DNA from: a virus
Taxonomy: Duplodnaviria > Caudoviricetes
Virus record (IMG/VR): IMGVR_UViG_3300021197_000131
Coordinates: 1-55,166 of that record
Reading direction: 5' to 3' (one strand)
Length of the DNA: 55,166 nt
Under the pieces are notes generated by a model that saw nothing but the letters and a program-made list of their open reading frames with translations, ran no database searches and was not told the DNA's origin. The translations under genes were made by a program, and so were the position numbers. Below are positions 1 to 9,200 of this stretch, in pieces; position 1 is the stretch's first letter, and every line of letters begins with the position of its first letter.

Positions 1-2453
1 TCCTGTATCTCGTTAGAAAGTTGTGGGTTACTGTAGTCTGTTGTGGGTGGTGTAGGGTCGGGATCAAAAGGTAAGAACGGCTGTGTACCCCCTGCCTCAT
101 ACGTTTCTGCTGCGCTTTTATTTGCTGCTGCTATCTCTGCTGCTTCTGCAACGTTTGGCCCTGTTTCACGTGGTATAGGTGGGAAGTCCTGTGTTACACG
201 TGTGTCAGGGTCTACCCAACCTTCTGCTGAATACTCAGGCTCTTCCAAGGCTTCCTTAACTGCAGCATCTACAGCATCAGGGTCTACTACAGGTTTATCT
301 TCTTCCTTACTCCCAAATATACGCTCTATTAAACTAGGTTTGTCTTTTTCCATTATTTCTAGTAAGTCTGTATAAGCACCTCTTTCATCTGGCGTAAGAC
401 CGTCTAGAGTAGACCTGCGCTTTATTTCATTCTCAATCTGTTGCGCCTGATGCCACATAGCACCTTTAACTGCTACACCCAACAAAGGATTAACTATGCC
501 AAAGATACCTGCAGCAACATCACCTGTAACGCCCTGCTGTTCTTCTACCATATCTGTTAGCTCTTGTAAAGTCAAGCTCTTATAATCAATAGGGTCTGGC
601 GGTTCTACTGATGTAGATGAACCACCACCGCTAGACTTTGGTTTAGGTTCTTCTTTAGGCTCTTCTTTCTTAGCTTCATCTAATGGATAGTAACCATCAG
701 GTATAGCCATCATGGGTGTGTTACCTATAAACATAATATAGATAATATCACCTGCATCATTTGTATAAGCACGTGTCTCTATGCCTGTTGATGCTTCACC
801 GCCACTTAGTCCAATTCCTTCTGAGCCTAAGCCTAGAGCGCCACCATCATCTACAAAGCCACCCTCATCAAAGCCCATCACACCATCATCAACAACCTCT
901 AGCTCAGACATATCAAACTGCATATCTTCTGGTTCTACTATCTCCATGCCCATAGGCTCACCACCTATGCGACCATTGGCTTCCATGGTATCAAAACCCA
1001 TCTTAGCTTGACTGCGTAGGTCTTCAAAGAACTTAACACCGTAGTAACGAACTACATCTGCAGGTACAACATATTCACCCTCACTTAGTCGAGCAGGTAT
1101 ATCATCTCGTACTTCTTCTGGTAATGAACCTGTAGGCACTTCATTGCCTGACACAGGGTCTACCTCTTCTACTGCACCACCTAGAGCATAGCCCCTTGAG
1201 GACTTAAATACCATTTCCATTTGATCGTCCATTGCAAGTCCACCTTCATTGTATCCTGTATATTCCATATCAAGTTTAGCATTCTTAGCTAAAACAAGTG
1301 GACCTATTTGTATTACTTCACTTGCTTCACGTACAGGTATGTGTTTATTTTCACCTGATCTTACGTAGAAGCCACCCTGTCTGCGAGGGTCAAAACCTAC
1401 TTGTGTCCACTCAGGGTCTTCTAAAAGCTTAGCAGCTTTATCACGTATCGCTTCTACATCTAGGTCTTTTATTTCACCTGATACTGTAGCGTAACCTGTT
1501 TTACCTTCTTCTCCTGTACCAATTTTTTCAGACTTTTTAGTAGAAGCTAAGAATCTTACAGGCTTATCATCTACACCTTTGTAGTGAATAGCTTTAGCGT
1601 AATGCGTTACACCTTTTTCAGCAGTAGATGTACCTGCTACAATCCATGTATCAAAGCGATTATAGGCAGGGATGTCTAACCTACCGTTAAACTTATCACC
1701 TACTTTTAGTGCTGACTTTTCTACATTTAAATTTTTAACTGCTTTGTCAGGTAGTATGAACTTACCTTTTTCTCTTTGGTCTGGCTTTAAAGAAAACACA
1801 GTAGCTTTGCTTGATGGTTCTCTAGGTAATGCATCCCAAGCTTCAACAGGTTTATACTTATCTACGTTCTGTAAGTGCTGCTCTCTAGTAATCTTACCGT
1901 CAATTAAATCTTTAGTTGAATCTTCTAGTTCAGGTGTTCGTACAGTAGGATTAACATCTCTTGATTCCGTTACATATGCGCTAACAGTGTTTTGCCAATC
2001 ATCAGCAGTTTCTGATTTATCAAACTCAGCCATCTTCTTTTGGTATTCGATATTAGAAAGCTTTGGTGTAGCTTCTTCTACAGGTGGCTTTAACTTAATG
2101 TTACCACCTAATGATCCTACAGTATTAGGGTCAACCTCAATGCGCTTACCTATATCTACAACTTTTCTAGCACCTGCCCTTATCGCATTAGCTGCAGCGT
2201 CACCTAATCCCGGCACAAGACCTATAACTGCAGCACCACCTAACGCACCTGCTAAGTAGTAATTAGGGTCATCTTTCTGTAACTCATCATATACTTCTTT
2301 GGCTGCCATAGCATCACCTATTATAGGTGTAGCTTGTGCGACAAACGTAGCGGCATCCTTTAGGGTTACATCTTTTGGGGTATACTCTTGTGCATACTTA
2401 GCGCCTTCTGCAGCGTAACCTAGAGCCTCTTCCGTTTGATCATCAACCGCCAT
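1..2453 (-). CDS. Large modular putative virion/cargo protein (>817 aa, 3' end outside window) with pre-toxin-TG-like N-terminus
   Basis: Hand-translated from ATG 2453 (MAVDDQTEEALG...) with no stop before position 1. Contains TPIIGDAMAAKE...IGLVPGLGDAA and DDIPARLSEGEYVVPADVVRYYG. Absent from the ORF track because it runs off the edge. Confidence 0.85.
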   Translation of the reverse strand, partial: MAVDDQTEEALGYAAEGAKYAQEYTPKDVTLKDAATFVAQATPIIGDAMAAKEVYDELQKDDPNYYLAGALGGAAVIGLVPGLGDAAANAIRAGARKVVDIGKRIEVDPNTVGSLGGNIKLKPPVEEATPKLSNIEYQKKMAEFDKSETADDWQNTVSAYVTESRDVNPTVRTPELEDSTKDLIDGKITREQHLQNVDKYKPVEAWDALPREPSSKATVFSLKPDQREKGKFILPDKAVKNLNVEKSALKVGDKFNGRLDIPAYNRFDTWIVAGTSTAEKGVTHYAKAIHYKGVDDKPVRFLASTKKSEKIGTGEEGKTGYATVSGEIKDLDVEAIRDKAAKLLEDPEWTQVGFDPRRQGGFYVRSGENKHIPVREASEVIQIGPLVLAKNAKLDMEYTGYNEGGLAMDDQMEMVFKSSRGYALGGAVEEVDPVSGNEVPTGSLPEEVRDDIPARLSEGEYVVPADVVRYYGVKFFEDLRSQAKMGFDTMEANGRIGGEPMGMEIVEPEDMQFDMSELEVVDDGVMGFDEGGFVDDGGALGLGSEGIGLSGGEASTGIETRAYTNDAGDIIYIMFIGNTPMMAIPDGYYPLDEAKKEEPKEEPKPKSSGGGSSTSVEPPDPIDYKSLTLQELTDMVEEQQGVTGDVAAGIFGIVNPLLGVAVKGAMWHQAQQIENEIKRRSTLDGLTPDERGAYTDLLEIMEKDKPSLIERIFGSKEEDKPVVDPDAVDAAVKEALEEPEYSAEGWVDPDTRVTQDFPPIPRETGPNVAEAAEIAAANKSAAETYEAGGTQPFLPFDPDPTPPTTDYSNPQLSNEIQ

Positions 2454-2634
2454 TGACAGTCTCCTTTAATAGTCTCATCTTCCTCAGTTGAAAGATAGCA
2501 CCCTGCGCCCTATATACAGATGTATGGTCATTAGCCTGTTCCATCATCTTATGCTGAATATAGATTTGATCGTCTATGTGTTGAATAAAGTCTTCCATAG
2601 CGTTCTTATCATTAACCCATTGCTTGAGGCTCAT
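2443..2634 (-). CDS. Small hypothetical protein after portal
   Basis: 63-aa ORF overlapping the portal stop and the next start; YRAQG motif of small post-portal podovirus proteins. Confidence 0.75.
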   Translation of the reverse strand: MSLKQWVNDKNAMEDFIQHIDDQIYIQHKMMEQANDHTSVYRAQGAIFQLRKMRLLKETVNGG

Positions 2635-4729
2635 TACCTGTAAATCCTTGTTCGCCCGGTGTAGGTGCAGTACCTATACCTATTTGTGATCCACCACCAC
2701 CTGATGTATCTGCTACAGCCTGTGGTCCTTGTCCTTCTGGTGAAGGTACGCCTTGCTCTGGTGTAGGCGCAGGTGCTTGAAATCCTTTTAGTATCTCCGC
2801 TTGTATGGCTGCATCCTGCATGGAGTTAGTAACCTTATCAGGGTCGAGGTCCATGCTCTTTGCAATCTCACGTATAATATAATCCATTTTTGCGAAAGGT
2901 GCAAGTACTGGATTCTGTGCAACCTGTAAAAATTGCATTAAACGTTGACTGCGTACTTCGTTAGCCATCAAGCTCTCTGTACCAGAAGCGTTTACTTCCA
3001 AGTCTCCACGAATAGACTCATCAAAGTCAAACTGCATATTGAAAGAAAAGAATGCTTTACCTAAAGGGCGAATGAGATAATCATCTACGTTCTTTACAAC
3101 AGTTCTGATAGAACCATTAGCAGCAGACATGAGCATACTAATACCAGATGCCGTTCTGCCCACACCCGATACACCAGTTTGACCATGTGCAAAAGAAGGG
3201 AAGCCAGTACTTTCATCTGCTAATACCCTAGCCTTATCAAAGAGTTGCATGTTTTCACTTGCTACGTTAGGGAACTTAGTGCCGAAGATGGCTTGACCCA
3301 TTGCACCACCCTGTCTACGAAACACTTTTCCGGGATACACAGACATATCCTGTCCCGGCACAAGGTTAGTCTCATCAACCTCAATGATTAAGTTACCCGA
3401 AAGGGCAGCATTATCTATTGCCATACGCATAAACCCATTCATAAGGGTCTGTGTATCATCCATATTCTCTGCAATACCTACCCCAAAGAATGAGTAAGGG
3501 TTATGCTCATAAGGTACAGCGTAGTAAGGGATACGTGTAGGCTTGAATGGGTTAAGTACAAAGCGTAGTACCTCACCGTTACAAATCCATACGTTACAGT
3601 TTACCTCGTCTAATTCAGACAACTCAGATGGAATAGACACGCCATGCTCTTTTAGAACATCAATATCTACATATCCCCAAAACTCTAGGACTTCCCAACG
3701 CTCAGAGGTAGGCTGAGTGTCATCATCTTCCATAGACATTTCCCAATGCTTTTGGGTGTAGTCTGGTCCTTTGTCTACAGCTAGTTGAACTGCATCATCC
3801 ATAAAGTAGGGACGGTTCTTTAGCGCACGTAGTTGTGTACGTGACATCTTGTGACGCTCTACAACGTACTCAGCGTCATCCATAGACTTAGCCTCTGGGT
3901 CAGGGTAGAAATCCCATACGCTTACGTGGCTACACTCAGGAACAGTCTTAACTACAGGGTCGTACTCCCCTTCATCATTCCAGTTAGGGTATTCCTTATC
4001 TACAGCGAATGGCCCTTTCATAACACCTGTGCCTAGCAGAGCCATCTCAAATGCCATGGAGCGTAGATGTACAGAAGCGCCTGACTCCTGTAGCTGATCA
4101 TGTATCTTCTTCTCCATCTTCTTAGCTGCAATCATAGCAGGATGGAATGTTACTGTAGTCTGTGTAGTACCGTCACCCTCAACAATCTTATCAGATACAG
4201 ATTCTAGTTTAGAACTAATACCACCTAAGCGTGACTGCAGATCAACTAATGTTTCTCCCGGTTGTAGCTTAGTGTCTCCATCAATAAGATAAGGTGTAGC
4301 AGGTTTCTGTTCTGTTGCAGCATTAAGTTGCTCTCCTGCTGCTGTAGCATTAGGGTCAATGTTAATGTGTACAGACTCAGCTACGCCATCTGGTAGTACA
4401 GAAGGATTGACTGACATAGGGAACTTGTTATTACCAAACAGTACATCTACAATCTGACCATACGCTGCTAAGGTTTTAGTCTTAGTAACCTTAACAAACA
4501 CACGTGACTTTTCTGTGTCAGTGAACTGTACATCTGATCCGTACAAACCCCTATAGTTTCTGTAGGCTCGTAGCCATCTAGTTTCATCTGCGTCACGTGC
4601 ATCCTCTGCTCGACGGTAGCGTTCTTCAACAAATGCTACTACGCCAGACTTTTCCTCAAAGATACTGTCAGTACTGTCTTCTGCAGCAATGACTTCATCT
4701 GTCTCAAACATCTCTTCTTGTTCTGCCAT
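2612..4729 (-). CDS. Portal protein
   Basis: 705 aa directly after TerL; YSFFGVGIAE, TGFPSFAHG and RTASGISML motifs typical of podovirus portals. Confidence 0.9.
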   Translation of the reverse strand: MAEQEEMFETDEVIAAEDSTDSIFEEKSGVVAFVEERYRRAEDARDADETRWLRAYRNYRGLYGSDVQFTDTEKSRVFVKVTKTKTLAAYGQIVDVLFGNNKFPMSVNPSVLPDGVAESVHINIDPNATAAGEQLNAATEQKPATPYLIDGDTKLQPGETLVDLQSRLGGISSKLESVSDKIVEGDGTTQTTVTFHPAMIAAKKMEKKIHDQLQESGASVHLRSMAFEMALLGTGVMKGPFAVDKEYPNWNDEGEYDPVVKTVPECSHVSVWDFYPDPEAKSMDDAEYVVERHKMSRTQLRALKNRPYFMDDAVQLAVDKGPDYTQKHWEMSMEDDDTQPTSERWEVLEFWGYVDIDVLKEHGVSIPSELSELDEVNCNVWICNGEVLRFVLNPFKPTRIPYYAVPYEHNPYSFFGVGIAENMDDTQTLMNGFMRMAIDNAALSGNLIIEVDETNLVPGQDMSVYPGKVFRRQGGAMGQAIFGTKFPNVASENMQLFDKARVLADESTGFPSFAHGQTGVSGVGRTASGISMLMSAANGSIRTVVKNVDDYLIRPLGKAFFSFNMQFDFDESIRGDLEVNASGTESLMANEVRSQRLMQFLQVAQNPVLAPFAKMDYIIREIAKSMDLDPDKVTNSMQDAAIQAEILKGFQAPAPTPEQGVPSPEGQGPQAVADTSGGGGSQIGIGTAPTPGEQGFTGNEPQAMG

Positions 4730-4731
4730 TC

Positions 4732-6330
4732 TTAATACCCGAATGTTGTGTCACTGGCTTGGAAGCCTGTGCGCTGTGTTGCAGGATTAAAATCCCAAAT
4801 GCTGCTACGTGGTCTTGTCATTATACCATAACGAAGCGCATCATACAAGTGGTCTTCTGCTTTGGTATCTACATCTTCTGGGTTTTTCTTATCCAGAGGA
4901 ATACTAGGAAGTTGTGCTATAGTGTTAGTACAGTTATCCATAAATACAAGGCGAGGCTTTTCAGTGAACTCATCTATTTGTAAACGCCTATGTATCTCGT
5001 TTTTACCTGCGACACGTGACCCTCTGGAACGGTCTGAAGGTCGCCAACGACATCCCTTCATGTTCATTTGTTCCGCTAGTGACGGGCCAGTGTCGCCACG
5101 GTTGTGCCATAAAGAGGAGTCAAGCACACCGTATCTCATACCACCGTCATGTGCCTCTACTTCTAGTATCATGTCTGCTAAGTCAGATGCAGTAACTTTT
5201 GATACATACATTTCACGGTAGACTATTAGTTGTTCATCAGGAGCAATAGTAAACCAGAGGACACCAGTGTAACTGCCGTAGCCATAATCGCAAGCCCTGA
5301 ACCTAACCCAACTGTCAGGGATTTCAAACTGTTCGACAACGTGGGTAGTTCTGTCAAACTCAGGAAATGCTGCTCCTTCGTTGATGTCCCAATTTCCCTC
5401 AAGGAGTTGCTTCCGTTGATGCTCTGGGAGAGATAAGAGCATTGCCTCATAGTCTCCCTCTTCTGACAGGTAGGGGTTGTCGAACAAAGACGCAGGAATA
5501 AACCTACGCTTAAATAAAGGCTGACCTTCTTTGCTGTGTCCTTTAGGGTACGTAATGGTTTCGCTAGTTTCAACATTGGTAGCCCAAAAAGATTTACCTG
5601 CAGGGGAAGGATCAATAAACATCTTCTTAACCCAAGCATGTCCTGCACCGCCGGGGTTTGTTGTTGCTCTCATGTACAGCCCTAGTTCTCTAGATGCTGC
5701 ACTACGTAAACGTGACCTCATATAATCCCAAGCGTAAGGTGTAGGCCATTGAGTAAGCTCGTCAAATCCAATCCAGTTAAAAGCCTGACCTTGGTATCTT
5801 GTGACATCCATGTCCTTGTCGAGGTACGACATCCATAGCCTACCCCCTCTGGGAGAAATCCATTGAGATTTACGCTCTGACCACTTAATACCCGGAATAG
5901 CACGAGGATATAACTCCTGAGATTTTTGTATGAGTTCCCTTAGTTCTTCTGTAGTGTGTCGTACTAACAACCCTGAAAAGTTAGGATCGTTTAAACCGTG
6001 TAGTGGATCAGCAAGCATAGCGTATGATTTACCGCCACCTGCTGCACCACCATATAAAACCTCACGCTCTGACGCACTCAGGAATAACGTCTGAGGGCCG
6101 GGGTTTGGTTTGAAGACAATATCCTGTGCTTCTTCCACATCAAACTCAGGCGCAGCTACTTGAGCAGGTACAGTCTCTTGGGGGGTAACGACTGTTTCAA
6201 CTGTCTCTACTTCCTTCTGAGTATGCCCCGACCCCTTGCGTTTCGAGCTTTTCGATTTCCTCAAGGGTTTCTTCGAGCCACTTGGCAAACTTACGCTTAA
6301 TTGTAGCTGCTTTTTTACGTCTTTGCTCAA
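4732..6330 (-). CDS. terL: Terminase large subunit (true start uncertain)
   Basis: Walker A GGAAGGGKS, Walker B IGFDE, TTNPGG, nuclease DYG and DHLYDALRY. Confidence 0.95.
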   Translation of the reverse strand: MSKDVKKQLQLSVSLPSGSKKPLRKSKSSKRKGSGHTQKEVETVETVVTPQETVPAQVAAPEFDVEEAQDIVFKPNPGPQTLFLSASEREVLYGGAAGGGKSYAMLADPLHGLNDPNFSGLLVRHTTEELRELIQKSQELYPRAIPGIKWSERKSQWISPRGGRLWMSYLDKDMDVTRYQGQAFNWIGFDELTQWPTPYAWDYMRSRLRSAASRELGLYMRATTNPGGAGHAWVKKMFIDPSPAGKSFWATNVETSETITYPKGHSKEGQPLFKRRFIPASLFDNPYLSEEGDYEAMLLSLPEHQRKQLLEGNWDINEGAAFPEFDRTTHVVEQFEIPDSWVRFRACDYGYGSYTGVLWFTIAPDEQLIVYREMYVSKVTASDLADMILEVEAHDGGMRYGVLDSSLWHNRGDTGPSLAEQMNMKGCRWRPSDRSRGSRVAGKNEIHRRLQIDEFTEKPRLVFMDNCTNTIAQLPSIPLDKKNPEDVDTKAEDHLYDALRYGIMTRPRSSIWDFNPATQRTGFQASDTTFGY

Positions 6331-6613
6331 CTTCTATTCTCTTCTTTAGACCCATATGTGATATGTAGCGGTCTGTTTCTTTGCTTAACCAGTTAGCTAC
6401 TGCTCTGTAACTATACTGTAAAAGATGTCGTTTAGCAAGCTCTAACGCTTCAAGTTCTGAAATAATTGGTACAAGCAGCTTGTCGTTCTCTGGATGCACC
6501 TCATAACCGAAGGGTATCTTCTTGGTTACTCTTACTATTTCATGCCATTCTTTGTCGTGGTTCTTGGGTGGCTTTGGTAGTTGCCAGAAGCCTAGCTCTC
6601 TTTGTGGTACTAT
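6197..6613 (-). CDS. Putative DNA-binding (recombinase-domain/HTH-like) protein between TerS and TerL; probable non-AUG start
   Basis: Frame is open 38 codons upstream of the tracked GTG (IVPQRELGFWQLPKP...IPFGYEV); ATA at 6613-6611 follows SD AGGTGAT; SYRAVANWLS helix pattern. Confidence 0.65.
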   Translation of the reverse strand: MVPQRELGFWQLPKPPKNHDKEWHEIVRVTKKIPFGYEVHPENDKLLVPIISELEALELAKRHLLQYSYRAVANWLSKETDRYISHMGLKKRIEVEQRRKKAATIKRKFAKWLEETLEEIEKLETQGVGAYSEGSRDS

Positions 6614-6978
6614 TCGTTATCACCTTCTTTGGGCGGCAAGTAAAAGATACCGCCGCCTGATGTTACATCTACTTTGTCTACTTTACCAAGCCCTGCCCTG
6701 TCAAGCAAGTCCTTAGCCGCAACCATCTTCTCTTTAATACCTAGCTCTGTAGGGTCATACAAAGCACCTACCATAGCCATAGCTGCTTTAGGTGCAGTAC
6801 GAGCAAAGTAAGTGCGTGTCTTTTCAGCAATCTCATCTTTTAGAGAATCGACAATAGCGGAAGTGCTAGAGTTATCACCATACCCTGCTAGTTTCTTAGC
6901 AGCTACAACGTCACCCCCTGCACTATCAAATAGTACCTCAAGAAACAGTTGTTGCTTTTCCGTCAGTGTTCTCGCCAT
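6610..6978 (-). CDS. terS: Putative terminase small subunit
   Basis: LTEKQQLF...AAKKLAGY and AAKDLLDRAG motifs; lies upstream of TerL. Confidence 0.7.
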   Translation of the reverse strand: MARTLTEKQQLFLEVLFDSAGGDVVAAKKLAGYGDNSSTSAIVDSLKDEIAEKTRTYFARTAPKAAMAMVGALYDPTELGIKEKMVAAKDLLDRAGLGKVDKVDVTSGGGIFYLPPKEGDNE

Positions 6979-7120
6979 AAACGATTCCTTGTATTTGTGA
7001 GCGGCTTATACCTATGTCACGTAGCTCACGTTCACTCAATGTATTTAGCAGAATATAGTCTGCACGTTTCTGTTGTCTTTTGCAGTGGTTGTCCCAACGG
7101 CGTTTAAAGAATGCTTTCAT
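6938..7120 (-). CDS. DUF1127 (YjiS-like) small protein
   Basis: LNTLSERELRDIGISRSQI signature, basic N-terminus, SD AAGGAG. Confidence 0.85.
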   Translation of the reverse strand: MKAFFKRRWDNHCKRQQKRADYILLNTLSERELRDIGISRSQIQGIVYGENTDGKATTVS

Positions 7121-7152
7121 TGCACCATCTCCTTTTTGTTAGTGTGCGGAGA

Positions 7153-7198
7153 TAGTTATACACATTTGTTAGCGCTAGAGTAGATACATTCTTTGCAT
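7153..7198 (-). promoter_or_regulatory. Promoter region of the DUF1127 gene: -10 TGTATAACT plus LysR-type T-N11-A box
   Basis: GTGTATAACT on the - strand at about 7154-7163; ATAC-N7-GCAT near-dyad at 7184-7198. Confidence 0.5.
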
Positions 7199-7203
7199 AG
7201 CCG

Positions 7204-7521
7204 CTACCCTTTATCCTCTACCCACGCTTCATTCTCTGGGGTATTAGGGTCATCTGCAACGTAGTGGCCTTTGTCATTCCTTGCACGTTTCATTTTCTTC
7301 TTAGGCTTCACAGCTTTCTTGATCTTATTAAGGATACCAGACTCTTCTGCAATACGACAGATGTCTGTTACGTTAGGGTCTTTACTTTGTACGTTACCGT
7401 ATGTATCTTCACCTGCAGCCTGATTACCAGAGGCATCCCATACATAACCCTCTGCGTCTACTGTGTACCCTGCCTTGTTAAGTTGCTTCTCATACTTGTG
7501 ATAGTACTTGTTTCTGCTCAT
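7204..7521 (-). CDS. Hypothetical protein with C-terminal RARNDKGHYVADDPNTPENEAW motif
   Basis: 105-aa ORF coupled to the upstream gene. Confidence 0.75.
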   Translation of the reverse strand: MSRNKYYHKYEKQLNKAGYTVDAEGYVWDASGNQAAGEDTYGNVQSKDPNVTDICRIAEESGILNKIKKAVKPKKKMKRARNDKGHYVADDPNTPENEAWVEDKG

Positions 7522-7676
7522 TTTGCTTTCCGCTTTGTTGGATTAGATGCGCCACACTTTGCGTACCCACCTTTGTTGTAACCCTTCTTCTTAGCCATAC
7601 CACCATAGGCGTAGCCCATCTTCTTAGCTACTTCTGGTGCTTCTTTCTTTAGTGCTTTCATGCCTTTGTTCATCAT
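7518..7676 (-). CDS. Small Lys-rich protein with two YxxGG motifs
   Basis: MMNKGMKALKKEAPEVAKKMGYAYGGMAKKKGYNKGG...; ATG 7676 overlaps the upstream TAA. Confidence 0.7.
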   Translation of the reverse strand: MMNKGMKALKKEAPEVAKKMGYAYGGMAKKKGYNKGGYAKCGASNPTKRKAK

Positions 7677-7900
7677 TATGCTTTCCTCTTTTTTCCTGAT
7701 GCTGTTGTAGACCACTTAACTCTCTTAGGTCCAGTTTTCTTTTGTGCCTCTTTCTTGCTTATCTTAGAGGCTACCTTTGCAGGTCTACAGGCAGGGTAGG
7801 ACTTACGCTTCTCGCCAGACTTTCTGCCACATGGCTTGCCTGTCTTAACGTCTACCCACTTCTCATCAAACCACTGTCCAAGACCACCACGCTTAGCCAT
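7676..7900 (-). CDS. Small basic protein (DUF5872-like, from recollection)
   Basis: GLGQWFDEKWVDV...PCGR...YPACRP pattern; TAATG coupling. Confidence 0.7.
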   Translation of the reverse strand: MAKRGGLGQWFDEKWVDVKTGKPCGRKSGEKRKSYPACRPAKVASKISKKEAQKKTGPKRVKWSTTASGKKRKA

Positions 7901-8070
7901 TACTTCTTGGCTTTCTTCTTGGCTGTAGCACTTAGTTCATTAAAGTGATACAAACGCTTACTGGTTTTACCGTGCGTTTTACCTGAGTGTAGCTGTCCAT
8001 TGGGCATCTTGTGCATACCACCCTTATGCTCTGTGCCATCCTTAAAGTAATGCTTAACACCTTTAGCCAT
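7900..8070 (-). CDS. Small His/Lys-rich protein
   Basis: MAKGVKHYFKDG...HKMPNGQLHSGKTH; ATG 8070 follows the stop of the upstream gene. Confidence 0.7.
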   Translation of the reverse strand: MAKGVKHYFKDGTEHKGGMHKMPNGQLHSGKTHGKTSKRLYHFNELSATAKKKAKK

Positions 8071-8072
8071 TA

Positions 8073-8237
8073 TTATGCCACCTTGTTGTTGCCACCCTTC
8101 CACTTACCGCCTTTTTCCTTGTACCACTTGGAAGCCCAAGCATTAGCGTAAGCAGATGGGTATACTTTAAACTTCTTCTTAGCTGCTGCCTTAGCACGTG
8201 ACCAAAGAGCAGGGTCTTTAGGTGTAGACTTAGCCAT
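8073..8237 (-). CDS. Small basic protein (54 aa, not in ORF track)
   Basis: Hand translation MAKSTPKDPALWSRAKAAAKKKFKVYPSAYANAWASKWYKEKGGKW...; fills the gap between neighbours. Confidence 0.75.
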   Translation of the reverse strand: MAKSTPKDPALWSRAKAAAKKKFKVYPSAYANAWASKWYKEKGGKWKGGNNKVA

Positions 8238-8680
8238 TATAACCTACCTGTGTAGTGCATCAATCCTAGTATACCAAATCCTGAGATAAATGCAAGTATT
8301 AATATTACGCTACCATAAATTAATATCTGTTCCATTAGCGCTTCTTGTTTCTTCTTCTTAGCTGCTAGGTCATTCTTCTTCTGTACACGTATGTCTTTAC
8401 GTAAGGCAAGAAGCTCATTCCATGCTGAGAAGCCCCTAGTAGATATTACAATAGCCCTTAGCTGCTCTTCTATGTCATCTGCTTGCTTACGCTTTACAAA
8501 CGTATCAAGAGCCTCTTCATTAGCTGACGAGAAGGGGCTACTCTTCTTCTTGTCGTGATCAGACTTAGCTGAGTCAATAGCATCAAAGAGTGAACCTAAG
8601 TCCTTAGCTAGAGATGCTATCTCTTTACCTGCAGCTATCCCTGCCTTCACACCTGCAAATATAGTTAATGGGTCTACCAT
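8237..8680 (-). CDS. Coiled-coil protein with C-terminal transmembrane helix
   Basis: 147 aa; ILIYGSVILILAFISGFGILGL hydrophobic tail. Confidence 0.75.
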   Translation of the reverse strand: MVDPLTIFAGVKAGIAAGKEIASLAKDLGSLFDAIDSAKSDHDKKKSSPFSSANEEALDTFVKRKQADDIEEQLRAIVISTRGFSAWNELLALRKDIRVQKKNDLAAKKKKQEALMEQILIYGSVILILAFISGFGILGLMHYTGRL

Positions 8681-8911
8681 TCATGCTACCACAAAGTCTA
8701 CTAGCAACCCCTCTGGCTGCTTATTTTTATGATGTGGGTGGTAAGCATAAGGAACTTCGTGTCTATACAAGTATGCTTTCTTGTCTACAGCCTTATGTGT
8801 TTCCTCTACCCTTGTCTCTTTCTCACTCTTCCCACTTTCAAACACGATATTCTTGTGTGTATCAAATGGCATATAAGGCAACGGAAAGTGTGCTAACAGT
8901 GTTGCCTTCAT
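8681..8911 (-). CDS. Hypothetical protein
   Basis: Likely start ATG 8911 (MKATLLAHFPLP) just after the upstream stop. Confidence 0.55.
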   Translation of the reverse strand: MKATLLAHFPLPYMPFDTHKNIVFESGKSEKETRVEETHKAVDKKAYLYRHEVPYAYHPHHKNKQPEGLLVDFVVA

Positions 8912-8915
8912 AATA

Positions 8916-9200
8916 TCACCAAGCCTTACAAGACCAGTACCTTGCTGTGAACTTATCTGTCGCTGTATCACAGTTGTGCCTTGCTCTGAAGGATTTGCGC
9001 CTACTAGGTTGATCTTTCTTGATAGACATATTAGGATCACCGAAGCGTACAACCTTTACTTGGTCGCCCTTCTTAGCTAACACAGCAGACTTCTTAGCAC
9101 CACCCGGTGTCTTCTTAGGTTTGTTGTATCCGGGGTAAGTCTCTCCACGATACTTCAGCTTACCGCTAGGAAGACGTTCTACATCTTTAGTTGTTGCCAT
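8916..9200 (-). CDS. Small basic protein (VRFGDP...SFRARHNC...YWSCKAW family)
   Basis: 94-aa ORF with a motif pattern I recognise from phages and large DNA viruses. Confidence 0.75.
   Translation of the reverse strand: MATTKDVERLPSGKLKYRGETYPGYNKPKKTPGGAKKSAVLAKKGDQVKVVRFGDPNMSIKKDQPSRRKSFRARHNCDTATDKFTARYWSCKAW

Noticed and set aside
43-2259. + strand ORFs 43-375, 761-955, 781-1011 and 1672-2259
   Set aside because: Antisense shadows of the continuous - strand gene 1-2453
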